A stretch of DNA of 64,000 nucleotides, from contig CAISJV010000027.1 of the NCBI GenBank assembly GCA_903885795.1, positions 22,943 to 86,942 of the forward strand. The letters are read 5' to 3'. Positions 1-10,621 of this stretch are shown in pieces. A model generated the notes under the pieces. It had not been told where the DNA came from. It ran no database searches and was given only the letters and a program-made list of their open reading frames with translations. How positions within the stretch are numbered: the stretch's first letter is position 1; each line of letters begins with the position of its first letter. The DNA is from an uncultured delta proteobacterium (lineage in GTDB: Bacteria > Desulfobacterota > Syntrophia > Syntrophales > UBA8958). The translations under genes were made by a program, and so were the position numbers.

Positions 1-702
1 ATGCACCTGGCTTCTACTGAACGTTTCGACGATGAGATCGACCCCGCTATTCTCCAATATGAGGGGGCGACCTATTTTGCAAACATCCTGCTTCCCTATT
101 CTCCCCTCGTAAACAAGTTGCTCGGACGGGTTGGATCTTCAGGGATGACCTTTAAATACATCGCACCGGATCATGGACCTGTCTGGCGCAAGGATATCGG
201 GGGAATTATCGGTAAATACGGCGAATGGTCGGCTCAAAAACAGACCCGGAAGGCCATCGTTGTTTACGGTACCATGTGGCACAGCACGGAACATATGGCC
301 AGGGCGATCAGTGAAGGACTTGCGAACGGCGGTGCGATTACCAGATGCATGTCCCTGGACGTTTTTCATCGTAGTGATGTTGCATATGAAATCCTTGATG
401 CCGGCGCCCTGGTGATCGGTTCTTCAACCCTCAACAACAACATGTTACCCCAGGTAGCCGATGTACTGACCTATTTGAAAGGTCTCCGGCCGATGAATCT
501 AATGGGAGCATCTTTCGGCTCTTACGGCTGGAGTGGCGAGGCGCCGGGACAGATTACGGACATTTTGAGGGATATGAAAGTGGAAGTGATGGCTGACCCC
601 ATCAAAGTTCAACATGTGCCCCGGGAAAATGATCTTGCCCGCTGCTATGCCCTGGGGGAGGAGATAGCATTGCAATTGAAGAGAAATAAGGAGGTTGCAT
701 GA
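1..702 (+). CDS. flavodiiron protein (FprA / rubredoxin:oxygen oxidoreductase type), C-terminal part; 5' end lies outside the window
   Basis: Frame is open from base 1. It carries a flavodoxin-like module (KAIVVYGTMWHSTEHMA, GALVIGSSTLNNNMLP, FGSYGWSGEA). Rubredoxin and rubrerythrin genes follow on the same strand. Confidence 0.8.
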   Translation: MHLASTERFDDEIDPAILQYEGATYFANILLPYSPLVNKLLGRVGSSGMTFKYIAPDHGPVWRKDIGGIIGKYGEWSAQKQTRKAIVVYGTMWHSTEHMARAISEGLANGGAITRCMSLDVFHRSDVAYEILDAGALVIGSSTLNNNMLPQVADVLTYLKGLRPMNLMGASFGSYGWSGEAPGQITDILRDMKVEVMADPIKVQHVPRENDLARCYALGEEIALQLKRNKEVA

Positions 703-1430
703 AAAAGTTGAAAAAATCGTTCATTGTAATGTCGGCATTTGTTTTTCTGATTGTTGGGGCCTTTGCTGCTCAGGCGGAGAAGTACATTCCGGAAAAGGTT
801 GTTGGGGCCGTGGCGAACTGGGGAAACGGGAAGGTATATTTCTTTAAAGGCGATCGCTATGTGCGTTATTCCGCGAAGCCGGACATGGCTGAAGATCTCA
901 TGGGAGACAGGGCTGATCCTGGCTATCCAAAAACCATCAGCAAGGAAACTTGGCCGGGGTTGAACTGGACGGATATTGACGCCGTGGTCTTTATGGGCAA
1001 CGGTAAGGTTTGTTTTTTTAAGGGAAAAGAATACATCCAGTACGACATCAATGCCGATAAGGCAGATCCGGGATACCCGAAACCTATCAATGAGCAGACC
1101 TGGCCGGGTCTGATCTGGACAGACGGTGTTGACGCGGCGGTGAACTGGGGCAATGGCAAGATCTTTTTTTTCAAAGGCAACGAATACATCCGTTATGGTA
1201 TTTCAAAGGGTCGGGCCGACTACGGCTACCCCAAACTGATTGAAGAACGTAACTGGCCAGGAATGATCTGGACAGACGGCATTGACGATGTAGTGAACTG
1301 GGGCAACGGCAAGGCCTATTTTTTCAAAGGCAATGAATATATACGCTATGATATTCAGGATGATAGGGCGGACCCTGGTTATCCAAAACCTATAAACCGG
1401 CAGACTTGGCCGGGGCTCATTAATTGGTGA
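699..1430 (+). CDS. secreted protein built from four hemopexin-like repeats
   Basis: ATGA overlap with the upstream stop. Sec signal MKKLKKSFIVMSAFVFLIVGAFAAQA/EK. Four ~47-aa repeats follow the pattern NWGNGK-x-(Y/F)FFKG-x-x-Y-(I/V)-(R/Q)Y ... ADPGYPK-x-I ... TWPGL, which matches the hemopexin/MMP blade consensus. Confidence 0.75.
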   Translation: MKKLKKSFIVMSAFVFLIVGAFAAQAEKYIPEKVVGAVANWGNGKVYFFKGDRYVRYSAKPDMAEDLMGDRADPGYPKTISKETWPGLNWTDIDAVVFMGNGKVCFFKGKEYIQYDINADKADPGYPKPINEQTWPGLIWTDGVDAAVNWGNGKIFFFKGNEYIRYGISKGRADYGYPKLIEERNWPGMIWTDGIDDVVNWGNGKAYFFKGNEYIRYDIQDDRADPGYPKPINRQTWPGLINW

Positions 1431-1457
1431 CGGCTTCACAAAAAGGAGACTTCAGAA

Positions 1458-1616
1458 ATGGAAAAATACGTTTGTAATATTTGCGGTTATGTCTATGACC
1501 CTGAACAGGGTGATCCGGACGTCGGAATTTCGCCGGGGACGACATTTACGGATCTGCCCGATGACTGGATTTGTCCAATCTGCGGGTCGGGGAAGGACGA
1601 ATTCGTGATCGAATAA
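1458..1616 (+). CDS. rubredoxin (52 aa)
   Basis: Not in the supplied ORF track because it is under 60 aa. Hand translation: [52 protein letters not shown]. It has both CxxCG knuckles, and AAGGAG lies 9 nt upstream of the ATG. Confidence 0.9.
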   Translation: MEKYVCNICGYVYDPEQGDPDVGISPGTTFTDLPDDWICPICGSGKDEFVIE

Positions 1617-1646
1617 TAAAGGGGTTCATCTCTAGAGGAGCTGGTA

Positions 1647-2141
1647 ATGGATGAGTTGAAGAAGGTATTGTATGAGGCGTATGTGGGCGAAGCAAAAGCT
1701 GCGTTGCGCCTGAAGGTCTTCGCTGATAAGGCCAAGAAGGAAGGCTACCCGCAGATTGCTAAGCTGTTCGGTGTTATTTCCTTTTCCGAAGAGATACATG
1801 GGACCCGGGCGCTGAAACTGCTCAGAGAAGTAAAATCGACGGAAGAGAATCTCGCGGCCAGTTTTGAATCGGAACAGAAGGTTGCCGGCGTCGCTTATGA
1901 CGAATTCATAAAAATGGCGGAACGGGCAGGGAACAAGGCGGCGGTCCTTCACTTCAGCCAGAGCCGGGATGTGGAAGAGGTTCATGCCAAACTCTATAAA
2001 GAGGCGATGAACCACTTTCTGGAGGAACGGGAAACAACATACTATGTATGCAAGGTATGCGGTTTCGTATCCGATGGAGTCCTGCCTGATGAATGTCCCT
2101 TCTGCGGCGCCAAAAAGGAGCAGTTTGAACATTTCGGATAG
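1647..2141 (+). CDS. rbr: rubrerythrin
   Basis: Ferritin-like di-iron ExxH motifs (SEEIHG, VEEVHA) plus a C-terminal rubredoxin-like CKVCG...CPFCG. Confidence 0.85.
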   Translation: MDELKKVLYEAYVGEAKAALRLKVFADKAKKEGYPQIAKLFGVISFSEEIHGTRALKLLREVKSTEENLAASFESEQKVAGVAYDEFIKMAERAGNKAAVLHFSQSRDVEEVHAKLYKEAMNHFLEERETTYYVCKVCGFVSDGVLPDECPFCGAKKEQFEHFG

Positions 2142-2182
2142 TAAGGCGAGTGCCCATCAACAAGGAGAGAAGAGGAGCGATA

Positions 2183-2533
2183 ATGAAAGGACTGATCGTT
2201 CGCTGGCTGATTCTGACCATTGCCATTCTGTCTGCCGCCTATTTGATCCGGGGCATTTCCGTCAATAGTTTCGCAGCCGCCTTTTTTGCCGCGGCGGTTC
2301 TTGGAATTCTGAACGCCCTCTTCAGGCCTGTTCTCATCCTTCTCACCCTGCCCATAAATATCCTGACTCTGGGCCTATTCACCTTTATCATCAATGCGGT
2401 TCTTTTGAAAGTGACCGCCAGCCTCATTCCCGGATTTGATCTTCAGGGATTCTGGCCCGCCATTCTTGGCGCCCTTGTCATCAGTATCGTTAACTGGCTT
2501 CTTCACGTCTTGATCGCCGATTCCAGGAAATGA
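2183..2533 (+). CDS. DUF360 / phage-holin-4-like small membrane protein
   Basis: [25 protein letters not shown]...[30 protein letters not shown] is the typical DUF360 pattern. I prefer the ATG at 2183, which has an AG-rich RBS, over the ORF-track start at 2150. The stop overlaps the mutS ATG (ATGA). Confidence 0.7.
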   Translation: MKGLIVRWLILTIAILSAAYLIRGISVNSFAAAFFAAAVLGILNALFRPVLILLTLPINILTLGLFTFIINAVLLKVTASLIPGFDLQGFWPAILGALVISIVNWLLHVLIADSRK

Positions 2534-5202
2534 AGATACAGGGATCTGAAACGGACAAAAGGGTGACTGGGACGAGCGATCTTACTCCGGCGATGAAGCA
2601 GTACATGGAGCTGAAGTCTCGTTATCAGGACAGTATCCTGTTTTTCAGGATGGGAGATTTCTATGAAATGTTTTTTGAGGATGCCGTCATTGCATCGAAG
2701 ATTCTCGATATTACTCTTACCTCAAGAAATAAAAATAAAGAGGGCAGCATCCCTCTTTGCGGGTTTCCCTATCATGCCGCCCCTTCCTACATTGCCAAAC
2801 TGATTGAAAAGGGACGTAAAGTCGCCATATGTGAACAGATTGAAGATCCGAAGCAGGCCACGGGTGTTGTTAAGAGAGATGTTGTCCGGGTCATAACACC
2901 GGGGCTGATGGCTGACCCCAACCATCTGGATGGCACGGAGAATCATTTCATCGCCTCCTTAACTGTTGAGAAGGGGAGCTTCGGCATGGCGTTCATGGAC
3001 ATTTCTACGGGAGAATTCCGGGTGATGGAGTTTCAAGACCGTGACATGTTCATGGCCGAAATAACGGGGCTTCGATTCCGGGAAATAATCATTTCCGATG
3101 ATTTTCAGGATCAGAGCCTGGTAAAAGCCCTTTCCCGGAACGAGCACATAGCCGTCATCAATTCATTTCCTCCGGAATACTTTGACCGGTACGAAGCCCT
3201 CCAGCGCCTGCGTAACTATTTTCCTCAGGAAAATATCGCCGAAGTCAACATTGAAAACCGTCCGGCCATCATCGGGCCGGCCGGGGCCATCCTCCGCTAT
3301 TTAGAGGAGACGCAAAAAGAACATCTTGCCCACGTCAACCATTTGGAGGAGATGGCATGGAATCATGTGCTGCTCCTCGATGAGATTGCCAAGGGAACGC
3401 TGGAATTATTCCATACAATCCAGGAGCGCAAGAAAAAGGGTTCCCTTTTTTCTGTTCTCGACGAAACGATGACAGCCATGGGAGCAAGACGGTTGCGATG
3501 GTGGCTCCACTATCCCCTTACAGAACCGGCAAGGATACAACAGCGTCTTGGTTCGGTTGGAGAGATCAAGGAGCATCATCTGCTTCGAGGGGAACTGCGC
3601 AAGATCCTGGAGAAGATTTATGATCTTGAACGTCTGAGTGGGCGTGTGGCGATGGATATGGCCCATGCGAGAGATCTGGCGGCTCTGAAGACGTCTCTGC
3701 AGGTTATCCCACAGCTTAAAGCGCTCCTCCTCCAATCTCTGACATCGCCGCTGATCCATTCTCTTCTGGCCAGAATGGATGATCTGCCGGAGACGGCGGT
3801 GCTAATTGACCGCGCCATTGTTGACGACCCTCCCCTGACAATTCGCGAAGGGGGGATAATCAAGGATGGTTTTGATGAAGAGCTTGACCAGCTTCTGTCT
3901 CTGTCCCGGAATGGCAAGCAGAACATTGCCGCCCTTGAAGAACGGGAGCGCAAGAAAACAGGAATCCAGTCCCTCAAGGTAGGATTTAATCAAATATTTG
4001 GATATTATATCGAGGTGACCAAGGCCAATACCCATCTGGTCCCCGGCGACTATATCCGCAAACAGACCCTGGTGAATGCCGAACGTTATATCAACCAGGA
4101 ATTGAAGGAATTTGAGCAGACCGTCCTTCATGCCGAGGAAAACGGCAGACAGCGGGAATATGAACTATTTCTCCGGATTCGGGGAGAAATCGCCCGGCAT
4201 ATCAGACAGATTCAAGAAACAGCGTCCTGTCTGGCCGATCTGGATGCGTTGACCTCTCTGGCTGAGGTAGCGGAAAAATACGGTTATTGCTGTCCTGTCG
4301 TCGATGATGGCGAAGTAATCGAAATCGCCGATGGCCGACATCCGGTGGTGGAGAGAATGCCGCTGGCAGAAGGATTCGTACCCAATGACACTTATCTGGA
4401 CCTGAACCAAAACCGGCTCCTCATAATCACCGGACCCAATATGGCTGGTAAATCAACCTTCATCCGTCAGGTTGCCCTGATGGTCATTATGGCTCAGATG
4501 GGTGGTTTTGTCCCCGCAAAAAAGGCCCATATCGGAGTTACTGACCGTATTTTTACCCGTATCGGCGCCGCTGATAGTCTTGCCCGGGGGCAGAGCACCT
4601 TCATGGTGGAAATGAAGGAGATGGCAAATATCCTGAATCACGCAACCTGCCGAAGTTTGATCATTCTGGACGAAGTAGGTCGGGGAACCAGTACTTTTGA
4701 CGGCCTAAGCATTGCGTGGGCGGTGGCCGAGTACATCCATGACGAAAAACATGTCGGTGCCAGGACCTTATTTGCCACCCATTATCATCAGCTGACCGAA
4801 CTCGCCCTGACCAATGAAGGGGTCAGGAATTATAACATTGCCGTCCGGGAGTGGGGAGATAGGATTATCTTTCTCCGAAAGATCATGGAAGGCGGGACAA
4901 GCAGAAGCTACGGCATTCAGGTAGCCAGATTGGCCGGTGTTCCCGATGAAGTGATCCGGCGCTCCCAGGAAATCCTTAAAAATCTGGAAAAGGGGGAACT
5001 GGATGATATGGGCGTCCCCAGGATAGCCCATGGGAAAAAAACCACCGCCAAAGGTCGGATGAAAAATCAGCTTAGCCTCTTTATGGATGACAGGGATATC
5101 ATTTTCAACGAACTGAAGGAACTCGACACAACTCGTCTCACGCCCCTCGAAGCCTTAAATCGACTTCACGAGTGGCAAAACAGGATTGGGGGCGGAGCAT
5201 GA
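2530..5202 (+). CDS. mutS: DNA mismatch repair protein MutS
   Basis: 890 aa. N-terminal [30 protein letters not shown], Walker [17 protein letters not shown] and [11 protein letters not shown] motifs. Confidence 0.95.
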   Translation: MKIQGSETDKRVTGTSDLTPAMKQYMELKSRYQDSILFFRMGDFYEMFFEDAVIASKILDITLTSRNKNKEGSIPLCGFPYHAAPSYIAKLIEKGRKVAICEQIEDPKQATGVVKRDVVRVITPGLMADPNHLDGTENHFIASLTVEKGSFGMAFMDISTGEFRVMEFQDRDMFMAEITGLRFREIIISDDFQDQSLVKALSRNEHIAVINSFPPEYFDRYEALQRLRNYFPQENIAEVNIENRPAIIGPAGAILRYLEETQKEHLAHVNHLEEMAWNHVLLLDEIAKGTLELFHTIQERKKKGSLFSVLDETMTAMGARRLRWWLHYPLTEPARIQQRLGSVGEIKEHHLLRGELRKILEKIYDLERLSGRVAMDMAHARDLAALKTSLQVIPQLKALLLQSLTSPLIHSLLARMDDLPETAVLIDRAIVDDPPLTIREGGIIKDGFDEELDQLLSLSRNGKQNIAALEERERKKTGIQSLKVGFNQIFGYYIEVTKANTHLVPGDYIRKQTLVNAERYINQELKEFEQTVLHAEENGRQREYELFLRIRGEIARHIRQIQETASCLADLDALTSLAEVAEKYGYCCPVVDDGEVIEIADGRHPVVERMPLAEGFVPNDTYLDLNQNRLLIITGPNMAGKSTFIRQVALMVIMAQMGGFVPAKKAHIGVTDRIFTRIGAADSLARGQSTFMVEMKEMANILNHATCRSLIILDEVGRGTSTFDGLSIAWAVAEYIHDEKHVGARTLFATHYHQLTELALTNEGVRNYNIAVREWGDRIIFLRKIMEGGTSRSYGIQVARLAGVPDEVIRRSQEILKNLEKGELDDMGVPRIAHGKKTTAKGRMKNQLSLFMDDRDIIFNELKELDTTRLTPLEALNRLHEWQNRIGGGA

Positions 5203-6119
5203 GGAAAATTGGGATCATTTCCAGTTCTCTGATATTAGTCTTTATTTTCTCCTTCCCGGCACTGGCGGCTGACTGGTCGCCCCTGATGAAGCGACTGATA
5301 AATGATGGGTTCGAAGAAAAATCGATGCGAACACTTTTCAGTCGTAATGACGTCCAGTTTGATCCGGAACCAATGGCAACGAAAATGAATGAAATATTAC
5401 GACGCTCATCCAATAATCCGGCGTCGCTAAAGCCTTTTGTAAGCAGAGAAATTCATAAACGTTATCTTCGCTCCAGCATGATCAATCAGGCGCGCGCATA
5501 CATGATACGGAACCGCACAACTCTGGAGCGAATTAGCCGGACCTACTGTGTCCCGAAGGAGGTGGTGGTGTCCATCCTCCTGGTAGAAACCCACCTGGGG
5601 TCCAATACGGGGAAAAGAAAGGCCTTTCATGTCCTTTCCAGTATGGCCCTGAGCCCGGAGCTAGAACAGGTCAGATCTTTTGTCCCGTCGGGGACCATAC
5701 GCAACGATAATGAAGAATATGCCCGGACGCGCTGCCGGGAAAAATCGGACTGGGCCTACAATGAGCTGAAATTTCTATTGGAATATTCGCGAAGCAACAA
5801 CACGGATCCCCTTTCCATTCCCGGGTCGATCTATGGAGCGATAGGTCTTTGCCAGTTTATGCCGTCCAATGTCTTTCTCTATGGGGTCGATGCGGATGGC
5901 AACGGGCGAATCGATCTTTTTTCCGCTCCCGACGCTTTGAACAGTATTGCCAATTATCTTCACCAGAATGGTTGGGGATGCCGGATAGAAAAGAAGGACC
6001 GGCGTCAGGTAGTTATGACCTATAATCATAGTCAGGTTTATGCCAATACCGTTCTGGCCGTCGCCGACCGGTTGCAGGCAAAGAAACGGGAGCGAGGACG
6101 ATCAAACCGGTCAACGTAG
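5199..6119 (+). CDS. lytic murein transglycosylase (MltB/SLT_2-like), secreted
   Basis: Signal peptide [26 protein letters not shown]. Catalytic-region motifs [11 protein letters not shown] and [12 protein letters not shown]. The ATG at 5199 overlaps the mutS stop (ATGA). Confidence 0.7.
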   Translation: MRKIGIISSSLILVFIFSFPALAADWSPLMKRLINDGFEEKSMRTLFSRNDVQFDPEPMATKMNEILRRSSNNPASLKPFVSREIHKRYLRSSMINQARAYMIRNRTTLERISRTYCVPKEVVVSILLVETHLGSNTGKRKAFHVLSSMALSPELEQVRSFVPSGTIRNDNEEYARTRCREKSDWAYNELKFLLEYSRSNNTDPLSIPGSIYGAIGLCQFMPSNVFLYGVDADGNGRIDLFSAPDALNSIANYLHQNGWGCRIEKKDRRQVVMTYNHSQVYANTVLAVADRLQAKKRERGRSNRST

Positions 6120-6205
6120 AACCTCGGCACGAGCGCCGCCGAGGCACTGCCATGGGGAAACTGCCAAAAAAATGATTGTAGATGTTTATCAGGTCCTGCA
6201 GAAAA

Positions 6206-8503
6206 CTACTTGATACAGACCCGGCGGACCTGTTTGAAATCGGTCATGCCTTGAATTGACTTCTGGATGCCATCCTGAAGAAGAGTCGTCATACCTTCGG
6301 ACATGGATTTCTCCCTCAGGTTTTCCACGGGTTCGTGTTTCTGGATCATCCGTTTGATATCGTCAGAAGCGACCAATAGTTCATGGATGCCCATCCTTCC
6401 CTTATATCCTGTTTTATCACAGATATCGCAGCCTTTAGGGCGGTAAAGTTTGAGGTCGTCCGTATAAGCGACGTTGAGCTTCTTAAAGTCTTCTTCACCA
6501 TAGCTCTCCACAATCTCGTTATATTCCTGTTGGGTTGGATGATAAGGTTCCTTGCAGTTCTTGCAGAGGGTGCGCACCAGGCGCTGGGCAAGGATGCCCA
6601 GGAGGGCGTCGGCGAAATTCAGTGGGTCGATCCCCATATCCAGGAGCCTGGTGATGGTTTCCGGGGCGCTGTTGGTATGGAGGGTGCTGAAGACGAGATG
6701 TCCCGTCAGGGACGCCTCGACGCCTGTCTTGGCGGTTTCGAAATCCCGCATTTCGCCGACCATGATGACATCCGGATCTGCCCGCAGGAAGGCCCTCATG
6801 GCCGCTGCGAAATCGAAGCCGATTTTTGATTGCACCTGAACCTGCCGGAGTCCGTACTGGGTAATTTCGACGGGATCTTCGGCGGTCCAGATCTTCCGGT
6901 CCGGAGTGTTGATATGGTGCAGGGCGGCATGGAGGGTGGTGGTTTTGCCGGAACCGGTGGGACCCACCACCAGGATCATTCCATAGGGCTTTTCGCAGAT
7001 GTCGAGGAGTCCCTTGTAATTTCGAGGCAACATGCCCATCGCCTCCAGAGGAAGGGTTTCTCCCTTGGCCAGAATACGCATAACGACGTCCTCGACGCCG
7101 CCTTGAGTCGGGATTGTTGCCACGCGCAATTCAATTTCATCTCCGCCAGATCTTCTGAATTTTATTTTGCCGTCCTGGGGAAGGCGTTTGATGGTGATAT
7201 CAAGATTGGACATGATCTTGATCCTCGATATCAGTGCTGCCCGATAGCTGTAAGGAACCGTCTGATAGAGGGCGCAGTCCCCATCGACCCGGAATCTTAC
7301 TTCTACATTCTTTTTGCCAACATTGGGCTCGATATGAATGTCTGAAGTACGCCGGACGTAGGCGTCATTGATAATCTTGTTGACCAGCTGCATTATGGCG
7401 CTGTCTGATTCGGTTACGATGTCTCCTTCTTCATCCTCATCGCCTTCATCCTCATCGGCATCCATTTTTCCAAGGATGTCGGAAATAGAGGTTTCATCTT
7501 CCGGAGACTGGTAAAAATAATTAATGAACTTAATTATATCACCAGTGAGGGCCACATCATACCGGATTGTTTTGGTTTTCATGAGGTTTTCGATCATGTC
7601 CCGCTTGAGGATGTTATTAGGGTCGTCCACAAGGATATTGATGCTGCCGTCTTCCGTCCTTCCTATGGGCACCCATAACTCTCTGCGAAGGTAGTCCTTC
7701 TTAAGGTTCTTGATGAGATCTCCGGGGATGGGAATTTTATCGTTGTACTGGACAAACTTGCAATGATAGAACTCGGCGAAAGACTTCCCCAGATCATCCT
7801 TGGAGATCTTGTATTTCTTCATGAGGTAGACTTCCATTGTTTCCTTCTGCTCCCGGGATTCTTCCCACGCAGCATCCAGCCCATCCTCCTTTAGGAGATC
7901 ACGGCTAATCAGGTAATCGAAGCGGGTCTTGCGTTTCCGGGCAAAACGCTCCTGATTGAAAAAGGCGACGCCGAGGACATCACATATTTCTTGCATAAAA
8001 CCTTTTTCATCTTCTGAAAACCTGCCGATCCCCCCTTTTTTGTTGAGAATCTGAACTACGCCCATGAGCTTACCGTTGTGATATACCGGGGCGGTAAGAA
8101 TCTGTTTGGTCCGGAAACCTGATTTATTGTCCCAACTGGCGTCGAAGGTCAGCTCCTTGTCAATCGCCTTCAATTCCTTGTCATCGTAAGCATCGGCAAT
8201 ATTGGCAATTTTCCCTGTATTGGCCACATAGCCGGCAATACTGCAATTGCTGATAGGGACCCTGATTTCGTTAATCTTTGATCCGTAAAGAAACATGGAA
8301 AAGATCTCGTTTCTCAGGTGGTCGATGATATAGATGGTAATTGAGTGAGCTTCAAAGAGATTGAGGATGCCGTCCTTCAGATCTACGAGTATCTGCTTGA
8401 TGTTTTGGGCGGAGTGGATCCGATTGGTAATATCCTGAAGCTTCTTACGGCGTTGAAGTTGTTCTTCAAGTTCGTTGATCTGTTGGGAAGCGGGACCAGC
8501 CAT
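6206..8503 (-). CDS. GspE/PilB-family secretion ATPase with an N-terminal GAF domain
   Basis: 765 aa. GAF-like segment (ITIYIIDHLRNEIF...CSIAGYVANTGKIANIADAY...LTAPVYHNGKLMGVVQILNKKG). T2SS-E N-domain-like middle. Walker A GPTGSGKTTT, GEMRD, and the tetracysteine CKNCKEPY...CDICDKTGYKGR. Confidence 0.85.
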   Translation of the reverse strand: MAGPASQQINELEEQLQRRKKLQDITNRIHSAQNIKQILVDLKDGILNLFEAHSITIYIIDHLRNEIFSMFLYGSKINEIRVPISNCSIAGYVANTGKIANIADAYDDKELKAIDKELTFDASWDNKSGFRTKQILTAPVYHNGKLMGVVQILNKKGGIGRFSEDEKGFMQEICDVLGVAFFNQERFARKRKTRFDYLISRDLLKEDGLDAAWEESREQKETMEVYLMKKYKISKDDLGKSFAEFYHCKFVQYNDKIPIPGDLIKNLKKDYLRRELWVPIGRTEDGSINILVDDPNNILKRDMIENLMKTKTIRYDVALTGDIIKFINYFYQSPEDETSISDILGKMDADEDEGDEDEEGDIVTESDSAIMQLVNKIINDAYVRRTSDIHIEPNVGKKNVEVRFRVDGDCALYQTVPYSYRAALISRIKIMSNLDITIKRLPQDGKIKFRRSGGDEIELRVATIPTQGGVEDVVMRILAKGETLPLEAMGMLPRNYKGLLDICEKPYGMILVVGPTGSGKTTTLHAALHHINTPDRKIWTAEDPVEITQYGLRQVQVQSKIGFDFAAAMRAFLRADPDVIMVGEMRDFETAKTGVEASLTGHLVFSTLHTNSAPETITRLLDMGIDPLNFADALLGILAQRLVRTLCKNCKEPYHPTQQEYNEIVESYGEEDFKKLNVAYTDDLKLYRPKGCDICDKTGYKGRMGIHELLVASDDIKRMIQKHEPVENLREKSMSEGMTTLLQDGIQKSIQGMTDFKQVRRVCIK

Positions 8504-8515
8504 GTCGATATTCCT

Positions 8516-10588
8516 CTAAAAATCTGTAACAAGCTTAGAAAAATCGGCGACTCTGCGAAACAGAGACGAGATTTCTTCCAGAAGAGAGAGACGGTTATAT
8601 TTTATCTCCTCCTCTTTGGCCATGATCATTACGGCATCAAAGAACGAATCAACAGGAGCGCGCAAACTGGCCATCTCCACGAGGGCTGATTCATAATCAC
8701 GCCCGTCGAGATACATCAGGGCCTTGTTACGGATGGCAAGAAAGATCCGGTAAAGTTCCCGTTCCTCTCCTGCCTGAAACAGACTTTCCTGAACGGCGCC
8801 GCCCTGGAAATCCTTGAGAATGTTGGATACGCGCTTGAAGGCGACGGCCAGAGGCTGGAAATCAATGTGCTTCCTGAATGTTTCCATGGCCGTGATCTTC
8901 TTCAGAGTCTCCGTTAAATCAGAAAAACCGGCGGCGACAACGGCATCAACGACATCATAAGGATGTCCCTGGGTGATCAGTTGATTCTCGAAACGGGCCT
9001 TAAAGAACTCCATGACATCATTCTTTACGTCCATGGCTGGCCGCTTGATCCGATCTTGCAGGTTATCGATACTGTGGGCGATCAGCTCGTCCAGTTTCAG
9101 GGGATATGCCTTGTCAAGGATGATGTTGATGATGCCAAGGGCTTGCCTACGCAGGGCGTAGGGATCGGCCGTTCCTGAGGGGATGAGGTTGACGCTGAAG
9201 AAACCAGTAATAGTGTCCAGTTTGTCAGCAATACTGACAATGGCCCCTTCATCGGTTGCCGGCAGCTCCCCGCCCGCAGCCAGGGGAAGATAATGCTCGT
9301 AAACAGCTTTGGCTACCAGCGGATTTTCTCCGGCCAGGAGGGCGTATTCACGACCCATTACTCCCTGAAGCTCGGAGAATTCTCCCACCATCTGCGTATC
9401 CAGATCAGCCTTGGCAAGAACAGCGGTGCGGTCAACAGAGGCCTTCAGGGTCGGATTGATCTTTTCGGCGATAAAGGCTGCCAAATTCCGGAAACGCAGC
9501 ACCTTTTCGTAGGATGTGCCCAACAGGGTATGATAGACGACTTTCTGCAGATCTTCAAAGCGCTTATCTAGGGATATTTTCTGGTCCTCTTCAAAAAAGA
9601 ACCGTGCGTCGGACAACCTTGCCCGGATAACCTTTTCGTTTCCTCTGGTCACCACCGAAGGATCACGGGCCAGCGTGTTGTTGATCGTGATGAAATGAGG
9701 GAGGAGTTTGCCATTGTCATCGACAACGGGGAAATACTTCTGGTGGGACATCATGGTCGTTATCAGGACTTCCCGGGGAAGATCCAGATAGGACGGATCG
9801 AAACTGCCGCAGACCGCGGTAGGGTATTCTACAAGAAAAGTGACTGTCTGAAGCAGATCATCATCTATGAATGGTTCTCCGGAAACCTTTGCTGCTACCC
9901 GCCGAGCTTCTTCGATAATGGTCTTTTTCCTATCTTCCGGATCAACAATCACATAGGCGCTCTTTGTCTTTTCAAGATAGTCCTGGTAGTCGGACACGGC
10001 AAAGGAACCGGGACTCATAAAGCGGTGTCCCCGGGACGTATTGCCGCTCTGAATGTTCTCGATCCTAAAGGGGATTACGGCACCGCCGTACAGGGCCAGA
10101 ATCCAATGAATAGGTCTGGCGAAACGGATTTCCAGATTCGACCAGCGCATGGCTTTTTTAAAGGGAATGGATAATATCAGTTTGGAAAGAAGTCCGGGCA
10201 AAAGTTCGGCTGTGGGACCACCGGCAATTTTCTTGCGGGCACAGAGATTTTCTCCCTTGTCGGTGGTAATGATTTCAATTTCCGATAGTTCCATCCCCTG
10301 TCCCTTGGCAAAACCGATCGCGGCCTTGGTCGGGGCGCCCTGATCGTCAAAAGCTGCTTTCCTGGTGGGACCGAGTTTTTCGATAACCTGATCTTCCTGC
10401 ATTTCTGATAAATTCGCCACGCACAGGAAAAGACGTCTCGGCGTGGACATGGTCATGACCTGCCCGTACGTGACCCTTTCGCCGCTGAGGGCCTTGCGGA
10501 TGAGATCATCCATATCGGCCATGGCCTTGGGTAGAAAGGCAGCCGGAATTTCTTCCGTCCCTATTTCAAGCAGCAATTCTTTTCCCAT
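8516..10588 (-). CDS. glyS: glycine--tRNA ligase beta subunit
   Basis: 690 aa with the N-terminus LLEIGTEEIPA typical of GlyS. It lies immediately downstream of glyQ. Confidence 0.95.
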   Translation of the reverse strand: MGKELLLEIGTEEIPAAFLPKAMADMDDLIRKALSGERVTYGQVMTMSTPRRLFLCVANLSEMQEDQVIEKLGPTRKAAFDDQGAPTKAAIGFAKGQGMELSEIEIITTDKGENLCARKKIAGGPTAELLPGLLSKLILSIPFKKAMRWSNLEIRFARPIHWILALYGGAVIPFRIENIQSGNTSRGHRFMSPGSFAVSDYQDYLEKTKSAYVIVDPEDRKKTIIEEARRVAAKVSGEPFIDDDLLQTVTFLVEYPTAVCGSFDPSYLDLPREVLITTMMSHQKYFPVVDDNGKLLPHFITINNTLARDPSVVTRGNEKVIRARLSDARFFFEEDQKISLDKRFEDLQKVVYHTLLGTSYEKVLRFRNLAAFIAEKINPTLKASVDRTAVLAKADLDTQMVGEFSELQGVMGREYALLAGENPLVAKAVYEHYLPLAAGGELPATDEGAIVSIADKLDTITGFFSVNLIPSGTADPYALRRQALGIINIILDKAYPLKLDELIAHSIDNLQDRIKRPAMDVKNDVMEFFKARFENQLITQGHPYDVVDAVVAAGFSDLTETLKKITAMETFRKHIDFQPLAVAFKRVSNILKDFQGGAVQESLFQAGEERELYRIFLAIRNKALMYLDGRDYESALVEMASLRAPVDSFFDAVMIMAKEEEIKYNRLSLLEEISSLFRRVADFSKLVTDF

Positions 10589-10621
10589 TCGATAATACTC
10601 CCGTGATTACCTGTCTCTAAA

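Noticed and set aside
2183-2533. The phage holin family 4 similarity was considered as a hint of a prophage.
   Set aside because: This is a single DUF360-type membrane gene between rubrerythrin and mutS. No capsid, tail, integrase or lysis partner genes are present, and the family is common in non-phage contexts.
6122-6144. The hairpin cctcggc-N9-gccgagg between the convergent mltB-like and GspE-like genes was considered as a terminator.
   Set aside because: The stem is only 7 bp and there is no U-tract on either strand. That is insufficient to call an intrinsic terminator.
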